NCBI GenBank assembly: GCA_012862495.1
Contig: BLSG01000402.1
Span: 50,146-114,145, forward strand
Length of the DNA: 64,000 nucleotides
Reading direction: 5' to 3'
DNA from: Thraustochytrium aureum
Lineage: Eukaryota
Shown here in pieces: positions 21,853 through 32,622 of the stretch (its first letter is position 1; each line of letters starts with the position of its first letter). The translations under genes were made by a program, and so were the position numbers. A model generated the notes under the pieces. The model ran no database searches, was not told where the DNA came from, and was given only the letters and a program-made list of their open reading frames with translations.

Positions 21853-21976
21853 CAACCTGTTTCCAACTGCGCACGATGCCCAAACCGAAGCCGAAGAAGG
21901 ACGAGTCGGGATCGCGAGCAATCGCCACAAGAAATATCGTTTCGCTTTCGTCATCATTGAAAAACACGGCCCAGGA

Positions 21977-24009
21977 TCAGATGTCGAGGTCTTCCCAGTT
22001 GACGGCCGACAGCTTGGAGCTGCTCTTCTTGGCCGTAGCGCGTTTTCCGGCTGTAGAGGCGCGTGTTGTTCTTGTCGCGGGCTCCTTGCCTTCCTTTGCG
22101 AGCTTGCCTCCCGCTTGCGCAGCCACGGGGGCCGCGGGAGCCTCCGGCTTGGGTAGCTCGGCCTTCTTGCCCTTTTTTGCCGACTTGGCAGGTGCGTCGA
22201 CCTTTGGTGCAGGTTTTGCAGCAGCGGGCGACACAGCGAGAGCTGCCTTTTTCACGACCTTTGAAGGAGCCTTTTCGCTCTCCCCAGCAGGAGCGCCCCC
22301 AGCGGGAGCGCCCCCAGCGGGAGCGTCTGCGGCTTCCGCCTTCTCAGCAGTGAACTGGGCTTTTCGCGCTTCCCACGCGGCCTTCTTGGCCATTTTCTTG
22401 GCAGCCTTTTTGCTCGGCCTCTGGGCCGCGGCACTCGACTCGTCGCGCTCGCGCTTCTTCCCACGACGGCGACCGCGCCGCTTCGAGTTTGGGTTGGCCT
22501 CCTGGTTGGCCACCTTGGCGCGGGCACTGTTGCCGGCAGCAAGACGCGATTTGTTGGATTTGGCATGATCGGAATCTTCAACGTCGCCGTCGCTTTCGCT
22601 CTCAGCCTCCTCGTCAATCTGATCGTCTTCCATGCTGTCCTCCTCGTCGTCCTGGTCGTTGCTCTGACCATCCTCCTTCTCTTCTTCGTCCTCGTCGTCG
22701 TCGTCCTCCTCCTCCTCCTCCTCGACGTCGCTGGCACCACCGCCGGAGCGGAAAAAGTCCTTTTGCGGCAACTTGGAAAAGTCTTGTTTGGGGATCTCGC
22801 CCAGCTCGCTGGCGTGCTTTTGGGCCTCCTCTGCAGCTTCTTTGTCTTCCGCCGAGCCAGCCGGGTCGGCGACGCTCGCGTCGGTCTGGGAGCCATCTGC
22901 AGGAGGCGGAATAAAGTACGGGATTCGACCGCGCTGAAGATCGTAGATGAGCCGCTGGGAGACGCTTCGAAAGTCGGGCTCGCCCCCGCGGAGCAGGCGG
23001 CCGCGCTTGGTGGCCAGTTTCGTGAGGAAGTCCTCTGGCGAGTCCCACTCGTCGATGCCGTAGAGACGCACGATGTACTCGCGCTGCACACGTTCCAAGA
23101 ACGAGCCGATGTAGTCCTCTGGCGAGTCGAGGCGCTCTGCGCGGACGACGCCCTTCATGACGATGTCCGCTTCAGAGTCGTTGTTGGGGTAGACGACACC
23201 AGGGCAATCGATCAGGAAGACGCGCTTGAAGAGGGTCACGTACTGCCAGATCTTGGTCTCGCCGGGGATTGGGGCCACCTTGCAGACCTTCTTCGAGCGC
23301 AGCGAGTTGATGATCGAGCTCTTGCCCGCGTTCGGGTAGCCGATGAGGCCCACACTGATCTGCTTCTTCTCCGGGTGGAGCAGCGCGAACTGGCGCAGGA
23401 GCTGAATCAAAGCGCCCTTGCCGAACGGCTTGGTGAGGTGCGCGTGGAAGGCCAGGGTCGGGTACTCTTCGGAGAGAATGCGCACCCAGCGACGGGTCAC
23501 CCACGTGGGCACAAGGTCGCACTTGTTGAGGACAAAGATCAGGTGCTTGTGCCTGGCGTTCTTCTTGAGGTGGTCCTCGACGCGCTTGGAGCGCGTGCCA
23601 AGCGGGTCGCGCGCGTCCAAGACCTGCAGGACGACGTCGCTGCAGTCGAGTACCTTGTAGAGCTCCTGCCAGATGCGGGCGCTCTGCCCCTTCTTGAACA
23701 CTTCCTCCCGCATCTCCGCCGACACGGTGGGGTCGCCGAGCGGGGTGCTCTCCACCTTTTCGTCAAAGGTCTGCGCCTTCTTGCTCGCGCTTTCCACGAG
23801 GCCGTTCAGCGAGGAGCTCGCCAGTTTGGCGCGCTTGCGCTGCTTCTTCGGCCCGAACACGTTCTCAAAGCTCTCTGCGCTCAGCAAGTTCATCTTGGCC
23901 GTCTTGATTGGGTCGCTCAGCAGTCCCATGGGCAGTTTGCGTTGGTTGATCACCACCGAGTAGGGGTCGTTCACCTTCTCGGACATTTGCTCCCTGAAGC
24001 GCTCGAGCT
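21977..24009 (-). CDS. NOG2: Nucleolar GTPase NOG2/GNL2 (5' part in gap)
   Basis: [59 protein letters not shown] and LIDCPG; acidic and Lys-rich tail. Confidence 0.96.
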
Positions 24010-24427
24010 NNNNNNNNNNNNNNNNNNNNNNNNNNNNNNNNNNNNNNNNNNNNNNNNNNNNNNNNNNNNNNNNNNNNNNNNNNNNNNNNNNNNNNNNNNN
24101 NNNNNNNNNNNNNNNNNNNNNNNNNNNNNNNNNNNNNNNNNNNNNNNNNNNNNNNNNNNNNNNNNNNNNNNNNNNNNNNNNNNNNNNNNNNNNNNNNNNN
24201 NNNNNNNNNNNNNNNNNNNNNNNNNNNNNNNNNNNNNNNNNNNNNNNNNNNNNNNNNNNNNNNNNNNNNNNNNNNNNNNNNNNNNNNNNNNNNNNNNNNN
24301 NNNNNNNNNNNNNNNNNNNNNNNNNNNNNNNNNNNNNNNNNNNNNNNNNNNNNNNNNNNNNNNNNNNNNNNNNNNNNNNNNNNNNNNNNNNNNNNNNNNN
24401 NNNNNNNNNNNNNNNNNNNNNNNNNNN

Positions 24428-24459
<32 letters not shown>

Positions 24460-25085
24460 GCCCCTGTGGCCTACGTGTCTGCTGCTGCTGCTGCTCCTGC
24501 TTCTCCTGCGTCGAGCCAAAAGCGTTCCGCGCCGCATGCAGACGTGAACGCCGGGGAATCGCGTCACGCGCGCAGTCTTTGTGACGAGCCCTGAGTGGGT
24601 ACGCCGCTGCGACCGGCAGCCGACGCGACGCCACGTCGCGTAGGGTGGTGCAGTGACGCGCGGCCTCGTGGCTCCCTCCGCGCTCGGCGCGTGCGCGGTC
24701 TCGTGCGCCACAGGTGTACCGTCTGTCACGTGGCTGGCGCGGCGACGTGCGTCGTGAGGAACAAACGAGGGAAGCTGGGCTCTGGCAACGGTGGGGGTTT
24801 GGGTGGTGGGTGGGTGGCTGAGGAGAGGAACGCGAGAGGGTTTTTCGAGGCGCAGCGGAGACTGGCGGAGGCGGAGGAGGCGGAGAAGGAGAAGGAGCAG
24901 CAGCAGGAGCAGCGCGGCAACGGAGCGGAGGAAGGAGCAGTGCGGAGCTTGAGAGCGCGCGGGAGACGACAGCAGCAGAGTGCTCGCGAGTGCAAAGCGC
25001 GTGGAGAGGGCTTCGCGGGAAGGCGGGCGCCGGAGGGAGCCAGGGTTTTTTTGCGCGTGGGACTTGTTGGACGGGAGGAGCAAGG

Positions 25086-25439
25086 ATGGCGACCGAGGAG
25101 CTGACCGGGTTTGACATCTCCAACCTCGACAGGAAGGATGCGTTTGCGGACGCGTACTCTGGCGCGGCTGGGCAGCAGGTGGAGAAGGTGCACATTCGCC
25201 TGCAGCAGCGCAACAGGCGCAAGTGCATTCTGACGATTACCGGTCTCGCCGACGACCTGGATCTGAAGAAGATCTGCAAGGCGCTCAAGAAGAACTTCAA
25301 GTGCAACGGCGCCGTCGTCAAGGACGAAAAGTGGGGTGAAGTTATCCAGCTCCAGGGTGACCACCGTTCGGGTGTGGTCCAGTTTCTCACTGAAAACGAG
25401 ATTTGCCCGCGCGAGATTATCGTGGTGCACGGTCACTAG
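25086..25439 (+). CDS. EIF1: Translation initiation factor eIF1/SUI1
   Basis: VHIRLQQRNRRKCILTITGL, KKICKALKKNFKCNG, VIQLQGDHR and terminal IVVHGH. Confidence 0.96.
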   Translation: MATEELTGFDISNLDRKDAFADAYSGAAGQQVEKVHIRLQQRNRRKCILTITGLADDLDLKKICKALKKNFKCNGAVVKDEKWGEVIQLQGDHRSGVVQFLTENEICPREIIVVHGH

Positions 25440-26245
25440 GCTCCAGCGCTGCGGATCGCGCGTCGGGACGGGCCTAGCCTGGCCAGCAAGAGAAAGAAAA
25501 GGCATGCGATGTATTTTGGCCGCTTTTCCGTTCCCTTTGCGTGCCGACTTGTTCCATCTTCTTTAGCGATGTCCTCCTCCAAAACGGCCCACGCCGCGCG
25601 AGGCCTGCCTGACGTTGCTCCCTTCAGAAGCGAGGCACGTAGAGGCGCTCTCTAGAGGGCTCCGCTCACTCGAGAGCCTCGCGGCGCAGAGTCTGGATGC
25701 GAGCCCCTCAACAGCGGCAGCCCTGTTTCGGTCAGCGAAGCAACAGCGAGCGCAGAAACGAAGCTGCCGGGAAATCCCACGCCCAAACTCGCTGCAAGAG
25801 AAGTACTCACTCGAGCAGTTGAGCCCGGACGCCCGGGGGTGGGGGTTTTATATACTCACTCGTGCCAGACTTTGTGTTCAACCGGGCTGCTTCTCGTGCA
25901 GCGGTGCCCAAGCTCATAAAGTGTCCCTTGAAAAACACGTCACGCACTTTGCGTCGGTGTGGCGCCCAGGGACGATTGCGGAGCGGGGACTTCGGAGGTC
26001 GAGCATGTCGCGCGGCTCGCCAGCCGGTCTCCGACCAAGGAGATGAGCACGTGTCTTTGAGACGACCTGACCTTTCCTGTAAGCAGATCGTAGTGGAGTT
26101 GCCGTTCTTCTTTGCCGTCCTTCTCCACAGGCGATTGCTGAGGGACGTTCTGGAGGCCGGGGTGATAGGTACAGGTCATTTGATTGGGCGTCAACTACGC
26201 AAGGTTCCGAGTTCCCAGATGCACAACTTGTAAGTCGAGGTGGGC

Positions 26246-28045
26246 CTAAGAGCGGCGCCTCCTGTCGAGGTAAAAGGGCTTTTGCGTCTCGCCTGCCTCC
26301 TCCAAGGCCACAAGTCGGCTCTCAAACTCGTCCAACTCCATGATGACCACTGCGGGGGTCGACAGCGACGCCCCAGGGCGCAGCGTTTCCTCCGACGCAA
26401 ACTCTGACAGGCCCTCACTCGAGGCAGCGGCCTCGGGAGCGTGCTTGCACCGGCCGGAGCTCGACCAGCTGCTCGCCTCGCCCAGCTCGCTCGCGCCCAC
26501 CGGACCAGGCATCGCCGCGGCACGAGAGGACATTGCAGAGAACGGCGAGGCGAGCCCGCCCGGACCAGCGCCCAGGCCCTCGGCGTCTAGGTCGCGCGCA
26601 CTGTCTTGCGGGCCTCGCGGCCTGAGCGTGAAAGACTCGGCAAGGAAAGCTCGCGACTCGGGCTGGCCGGGATAGAGCTTCCCCGGCCCCTTGATCGCCC
26701 GAAGCGTCTCTGCTCGGCGACCGCATGCGCTACTCGGGCGCGGGCACGTCNNNNNNNNNNNNNNNNNNNNNNNNNNNNNNNNNNNNNNNNNNNNNNNNNN
26801 NNNNNNNNNNNNNNNNNNNNNNNNNNNNNNNNNNNNNNNNNNNNNNNNNNNNNNNNNNNNNNNNNNNNNNNNNNNNNNNNNNNNNNNNNNNNNNNNNNNN
26901 NNNNNNNNNNNNNNNNNNNNNNNNNNNNNNNNNNNNNNNNNNNNNNNNNNNNNNNNNNNNNNNNNNNNNNNNNNNNNNNNNNNNNNNNNNNNNNNNNNNN
27001 NNNNNNNNNNNNNNNNNNNNNNNNNNNNNNNNNNNNNNNNNNNNNNNNNNNNNNNNNNNNNNNNNNNNNNNNNNNNNNNNNNNNNNNNNNNNNNNNNNCC
27101 TCGTCAAAGTGGAGCAAGCCCGAGTGGTCCACCGTCTGGGTGAGCCCAGGAACAGCAGATTTGGGCCGCCGCTGAAACCCACCGGCGCCCTGCCGGGAGT
27201 CCATCGCGCGGGAGCTTTGAGCCACCTTGAGCTCGCGCCGAGCAATAGCGCTTGCAGGACGCGCAGAGGCCGGGTCGCTGGCTGCTCGCCCCCCTAGCGA
27301 GGCCGTCGCAGGACGGCCTGCGGCGTGTTTCCTCCCAGAGGGCAAGCCGATGGCCTTCCACTTGGCCTTGTTGCGTTCTTGCTGCTCGAGAAACTCGCCT
27401 CGGATCACATCCGCCCGGTCCTGCACTTGCTGCTTGAGCCTCTGCTCTTCGCTAATTTCCTGGTCGATGCGGCGCTGGATTTCGCACGCCGCCCACCTGT
27501 CCTTTTGGACGATCTTGTCGTTGACGACCAAGTGGAACCGATCCTTTGGCACCAGCTTGAGGTCTGACCACAAGTACCCAGTTCGCCGGAAGAAGAACCT
27601 GTCTTTTATAGCGTGGTCGTTATCGACGCCGAAGGCGGGCTGCATGTACCTTGGCTTGGATCTTCGCGGCCTTGTTGCAGTCGACCGGCGCGGGTGCGCC
27701 GTGCGGGTCCCTGTCCGCGTTGGAAATCTGCCGAGCGTGAAGGCGGGACCGCGTCTTCTTCATCTCGTGCCGCTTCTGCTGCCTTTCGGCACGCTCGGCC
27801 GCGCGCTCCTCGGCTTCGCGCCTTCGCAAGTGCGCCTCATGTTGCGCGTCCAAGTCCGGGCGCTCCACCAGCCTCCTCTGGTGCTCCGGCGTGTGGTACG
27901 GGTCGCTCCACAGAAAGCCCCTTCGCCGGTAAAACTCCCAGGACTTGGGAATCGGTTTCTGGCGCTGTGCTCCACCCCGCCGCGCTCGCCGTGGGGCGGC
28001 GCCCTCCATCGCGCGCGCAGTGCACGCGTCCGCCGCACCTTCCAA
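26246..28045 (-). CDS. Hypothetical coiled-coil protein spanning gap 26751-27098; possible frameshift ~27658
   Basis: Coding-like ORF segments 28045-27660, 27645-27099 and 26533-26246. An internal RRxG(F/Y)LWSD motif occurs twice. No family recognised. Confidence 0.45.
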
Positions 28046-28889
28046 GGCCAGCGTCAGCCTGCCAAGACAGGGCCAGCGTCAGCGACCAGCCGCCCAGCCG
28101 ACCAGCCGCGCAGCCGGTGCCTCCGCAGGCAGCGCACTCTCCCGCGCTCTTCGCTCGCCCCGACTGCGGCCTGCTGCCTGGCCTCCCTCTGCCTTGACCG
28201 TGCGCGACCTGCTCGAGTACCACCTACTCCTGCCGCACTCTCCTCTCCGTTGCACTCCAGGTATCCGTTGCCGCGGAAAGCTTCCTTGTTCACCCGCGCG
28301 CTGGATAACGACATCCCCTCAACCCCCATTTTGTGTAGGTCCTACAGTTGCGCTCGAGGGTACTCTACCCCCCAACCTAACCCCCCCCTTCTGTTCTGCT
28401 GATGAGGTTGGGGATGTTATCCGCAGGGCGACTAAAAGCCAACGTTATCCCGCCACGCGCCGTCTCGGGCATTCACCGGTATAACTCTCCCCCATCCGTT
28501 AATAGCAACGTCATATACCGGTCTAAAGTTAATATGCCGCGCGTACCGGAACACTTGCTCAGCCCCGCAGCACGAGGGTGCATTCAGGCAGTCCTGCACC
28601 ATACACTTAATACTCGGTCTATCTTTTGTAGTCATAACTTCGGTTATAGTTTTGCCGATGGGGGTAGGGGTAGACGGGACTTGCTGAGTGGGCGTGTGTG
28701 TTTGGTGTGTGTTTGGTGCTGGTGTGGGGAGGAGGANNNNNNNNNNNNNNNNNNNNNNNNNNNNNNNNNNNNNNNNNNNNNNNNNNNNNNNNNNNNNNNN
28801 NNNNNNNNNNNNNNNNNNNNNNNNNNNNNNNNNNNNNNNNNNNNNNNNNNNNNNNNNNNNNNNNNNNNNNNNNNNNNNNNNNNNNNNNN

Positions 28890-31367
28890 AAATTGACCGG
28901 ATTTGAGGAATTTGGCGCTGGAGTGCTCGATGCTCAGGAAGCTCTCGCTGCTGCTCCGCGGCGGCGCCAAGGAGGCGGCGGCGGAGCGGGGCGCGGCGAG
29001 GAGACGGGTGAGGCGGGGAAGAGGGACAGCAAGAGAGGGTCGGCTGCGGTCAAGCGCGGCTCCAGCAGACGCAAGGCCGCCACGGCCGCGAGCAAGCGCG
29101 TCGCGGACTTTCGCGGCGTATCGCTGGCTTGGCTTGCGGCGTTTCAAGAGCGGATCGAACGAGGCGAGCTCGCCAATGAGGTCGACCTCGTCGTGGTGAC
29201 CGGCGAGTCCGTCACGTGCGAAGGAGGCCAAGTCTTGGCCGCCGGCCGGCGCGCCCGCTTGCTCCCAGCAGAAAGCGGCCAAGACGACGACACGGTCAGC
29301 CTAGACGTGCCGTTCCTGGGACAGGTTCGAGCGCCTGCCGCCGCCGTACGGACACTGGAACGAGACGAGTGGAGCACCGAAGACGTTGTCGAGTGGGTCG
29401 TTATCCGCGGCCACCGCGAACCCGTGATGCAAGAATGCCTCTGCTTCACCGGCGTGCTCGAACGCACCGACCCAGGCGCCGTTGGGAAGGAGTCCCAAGG
29501 CGCGTTCGTGAGCCAGGCGCGGCGGTGCCGCTTCTCCGACATGGTCGCGGCCCTCGCAGCTCACTTCGCGGATGTGCCTGCCACAGACGTCTTTGTGTGG
29601 CTCGACATCTTTGGGGCCAACCAAGGCAAGCTCATGGGGGAAAGCGAGCCCGCGGTCCAGGCCGAGATCTACAGCAACTTTAGCAGCGGCCTTCACGAGG
29701 CAATCGCGAGCTTCGACGAGGTCGTCGTGTTTTGGGACAGCTGGACGGCGCCAGCGCACCTAACGCGCGCGTGGTGCATCTGGGAGCTGTACGGCACAGT
29801 CTCTGCGGAGAAGGCATTCACCGTTATTCTGCCCCCGGCGCAGACCAGCGACTTTGTTGACGCCCTAGTGTCCGGCGACGGGCCAGTGGCGGCGATTCAG
29901 GCCATCGCGAACGTCGACGTCAAGTCCGCAGAGTGCTTCAGCCAAGCTGACAGCGAGATGATCAACACCGAAATCGAAACGAACGTGCCGGGCGGCCACC
30001 GCTCCATCAATGCCAAGGTCACCGCCGCGCTCTCAACCTGGTTCGTGAGCACTGTGCAGCGAGGCGTGGACGCCGTTCGCGCTCGACCCGATGGCGAAAA
30101 GGAGCCGCTCACACTAACCTACGCGCTGACCAACGCAGGCGAGGTCCTGCGACGATTCGACCGCCTCGAGGAAGCTGAGGCAAGTTTCAAGGCCGCTGTC
30201 GAGGAGCTCGATCGCGCCTCCAAGGAGCACCAATTGGACCCGGATACGGTGGAGCTGCTGCGCGCGGGCATCCTCAACTCGATCATCATCATCTTGGACG
30301 ACAGGGGCGAGCACCACGAAGCCATCAGGAGGTACGGCGAGGTAATCGCTGCGAAGCGGCACGTGTTCGGCAGAGCCACGGACGAGAGCACCAAGAGCAG
30401 CGCAGGGCTCTCCCTGGCTGTCTCTCTGCACAACCTCGCCGTGGCCAACGCAGGGCTCAACGAGTGGGAGAGCGCCGAGGTGGCGATATCTGAGGCGATT
30501 GAGCTCAAGAAGAGCGTCGACGGAGAGGGCGGAGCCAGCGACCCTTCCACGGCCATGAGCCTCGGCGTGCTTGCTCGCGTGCGAATGGAGCTCGGCGACT
30601 TGGACGGCGCGGAAGAGGCGTGCGCAGAGTCGCTCAAGATCAAGCGCAATGCCCTTGGGGAGACCCACCCGAGCACGCAGTTTGCGCTGTCCACCTTGGC
30701 GCGCATCCTCAAGGTGAGGGGCAAGGTTGACGAGTCGCTCGCCCTGTACAAGCAAGTAGCGGAAAACACGGCCGAGCGGCTCGGCAAGCAGTCCTCGCAG
30801 TATGCCGCCGCCCTCAAACAGGTCGGCGTGGTACTCTATGGCCTCGGGCGCCTCGAGGATGCCGCCTCCGTTTGGCTGGAGGCTTCGGCCGTTTTTGCGC
30901 AGAGTCTCGGGGACATGTCCTTTGAGGTCGCGCACGTCGAGCTCAACGTCGGCATTGCACTGAGAGACGCAGGCAACCCCGCCGAAGCGCTTCCTCACCT
31001 CGACAAAGCGATCGAGATTTACCGACGGACTTCCGGTCCGGTGGGCGGGACGCTCATTACGGCAACGATGATGCTCGTCGACGAGGAAATGTTTGAGCTC
31101 GCTTTGCCTCGCGCCCGGGCGCTCGTCAGCGTGCTCGTTTCGGAGCAGGGTGGCAGTGTCATCGACACACCAGTCTTCGCCCGCTGCTACGAACTGCTCG
31201 GACGCTCGCTTTTCGGCGTCGGCCAGCTCGCGGAAGCGATTCAATGCCTCGAGCGCTCCAGCGCGATGTGCGAGCGGCTCGGGGTGGAAGACGAGAACGT
31301 CGCGCCGGTCTTCCAAGCCGTTGTAGCGTGCCTCGCCAAGGCGCGCGACGAGCGCCCAGTAGAGTAA
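28890..31367 (+). CDS. TIR/HET-like domain plus kinesin-light-chain-type TPR repeats (5' end in gap)
   Basis: GVSLAWL..F, FVSQA, VFVWLDIFGANQ, LTRAWCIWEL and VDVKSAECF..AD. From ~30110 there are TPR repeats (AVSLHNLA, TAMSLGVLA, LGETHPSTQFALSTLA). Confidence 0.8.
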   Translation, partial: KLTGFEEFGAGVLDAQEALAAAPRRRQGGGGGAGRGEETGEAGKRDSKRGSAAVKRGSSRRKAATAASKRVADFRGVSLAWLAAFQERIERGELANEVDLVVVTGESVTCEGGQVLAAGRRARLLPAESGQDDDTVSLDVPFLGQVRAPAAAVRTLERDEWSTEDVVEWVVIRGHREPVMQECLCFTGVLERTDPGAVGKESQGAFVSQARRCRFSDMVAALAAHFADVPATDVFVWLDIFGANQGKLMGESEPAVQAEIYSNFSSGLHEAIASFDEVVVFWDSWTAPAHLTRAWCIWELYGTVSAEKAFTVILPPAQTSDFVDALVSGDGPVAAIQAIANVDVKSAECFSQADSEMINTEIETNVPGGHRSINAKVTAALSTWFVSTVQRGVDAVRARPDGEKEPLTLTYALTNAGEVLRRFDRLEEAEASFKAAVEELDRASKEHQLDPDTVELLRAGILNSIIIILDDRGEHHEAIRRYGEVIAAKRHVFGRATDESTKSSAGLSLAVSLHNLAVANAGLNEWESAEVAISEAIELKKSVDGEGGASDPSTAMSLGVLARVRMELGDLDGAEEACAESLKIKRNALGETHPSTQFALSTLARILKVRGKVDESLALYKQVAENTAERLGKQSSQYAAALKQVGVVLYGLGRLEDAASVWLEASAVFAQSLGDMSFEVAHVELNVGIALRDAGNPAEALPHLDKAIEIYRRTSGPVGGTLITATMMLVDEEMFELALPRARALVSVLVSEQGGSVIDTPVFARCYELLGRSLFGVGQLAEAIQCLERSSAMCERLGVEDENVAPVFQAVVACLAKARDERPVE

Positions 31368-31615
31368 CATGGAAAGGGATCCTCACACCCTGAACAACTT
31401 GCCGTCTGCAGGGATCAACATCAACATGGCAAGCCGACCGCTGTCGCCCATGGCCCTCCAGCTGTCGCTCCATCCTCATCCTCGCGCCCATCCAGCGCTG
31501 CTTGCTGTCCGCGATAGGCCGAAGCAGGGTTGAGCACACGCAGCTCAAAACCCCGTCTGAAGTTGGTCGCGCCGGAGTCGCGCGTGCCGGACGAGAGCGC
31601 GAGGGCCTATCGGGG

Positions 31616-32397
31616 ATGGCCGCGGGGCGTCCGGCTGGCGCGCCTCGCTTTGCTCTGGAGCTGGCGGAGGAGGCCGCTGCGTTGCTGAAGCTGCCAGACG
31701 TCTGCACGGCGACGGCGATGCGGATGCTCCATCACGTTGCGGCCTCCGCTCGCGACGCCCAACGCGCTGCCGCCACCGCTGCTGCCGCTGCTGCTGCTGC
31801 NNNNNNNNNNNNNNNNNNNNNNNNNNNNNNNNNNNNNNNNNNNNNNNNNNNNNNNNNNNNNNNNNNNNNNNNNNNNNNNNNNNNNNNNNNNNNNNNNNNN
31901 NNNNNNNNNNNNNNNNNNNNNNNNNNNNNNNNNNNNNNNNNNNNNNNNNNNNNNNNNNNNNNNNNNNNNNNNNNNNNNNNNNNNNNNNNNNNNNNNNNNN
32001 NNNNNNNNNNNNNNNNNNNNNNNNNNNNNNNNNNNNNNNNNNNNNNNNNNNNNNNNNNNNNNNNNNNNNNNNNNNNNNNNNNNNNNNNNNNNNNNNNNNN
32101 NNNNNNNNNNNNNNNNNNNNNNNNNNNNNNNNNNNNNNNNNNNNNNNNNNNNNNNNNNNNNNNNNNNNNNNGGCTGCCGCCGCTGTTTACATTTCATCGC
32201 GCGAGCTGGGACAGTACCTTCCGGTCCCGCCCCGCACTCGAGAACCGTGGTGGGCGCTTTTTGAGGTTGCGGACACTGACCTTTACCTTGCCGCTGCGGA
32301 CATGGTCCAGGCAAGCCGTCTCGCGCGCATTTCTACCTGGACGCTGGAGGACGACGCCCTTGTGGTCACCCGTAGCGAAACTGTGGGCGCACCATGA
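31616..32397 (+). CDS. Cyclin L-like transcriptional cyclin, middle in gap 31801-32171
   Basis: ELAEEAAALLKLPDVCTATAMRMLH resembles cyclin box 1. After the gap, the frame from 32173 reads AAAAVYISSRELGQYLP...EPWWALFEV (cyclin box 2) to TGA 32397. Confidence 0.65.
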
Positions 32398-32622
32398 GGG
32401 CAAGAGCGAAGGTGCCCTCGACCGCTCATCGGCGAGCTTGTAGCTCCTTATGAGCAGAAGAGCTCGAGCGCGAGCAGAGAGCTGCCAAGTAAGGTACAAG
32501 CCATGGTTTTATTTCGATTTTGTTCCGAAACTTGCACGATTTCCCATCCCAGGCACGGACCGAGGAGCCTTCCTCTGCTTGCCCGCGCGCGCCGTGGAAA
32601 ACTGCCTGCCGCCGAGGGCAAC

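Noticed and set aside
21977..25390. ORF-track proteins reading through N-gaps (1137-aa NOG2, 969-aa BRCT, 870-aa MFS)
   Set aside because: N runs hide stops and frame changes, so the extensions are artefacts.
25570..26240. Possible small genes or element remnant between eIF1 and the next gene
   Set aside because: Short ORFs on both strands without recognisable motifs or consistent codon bias.
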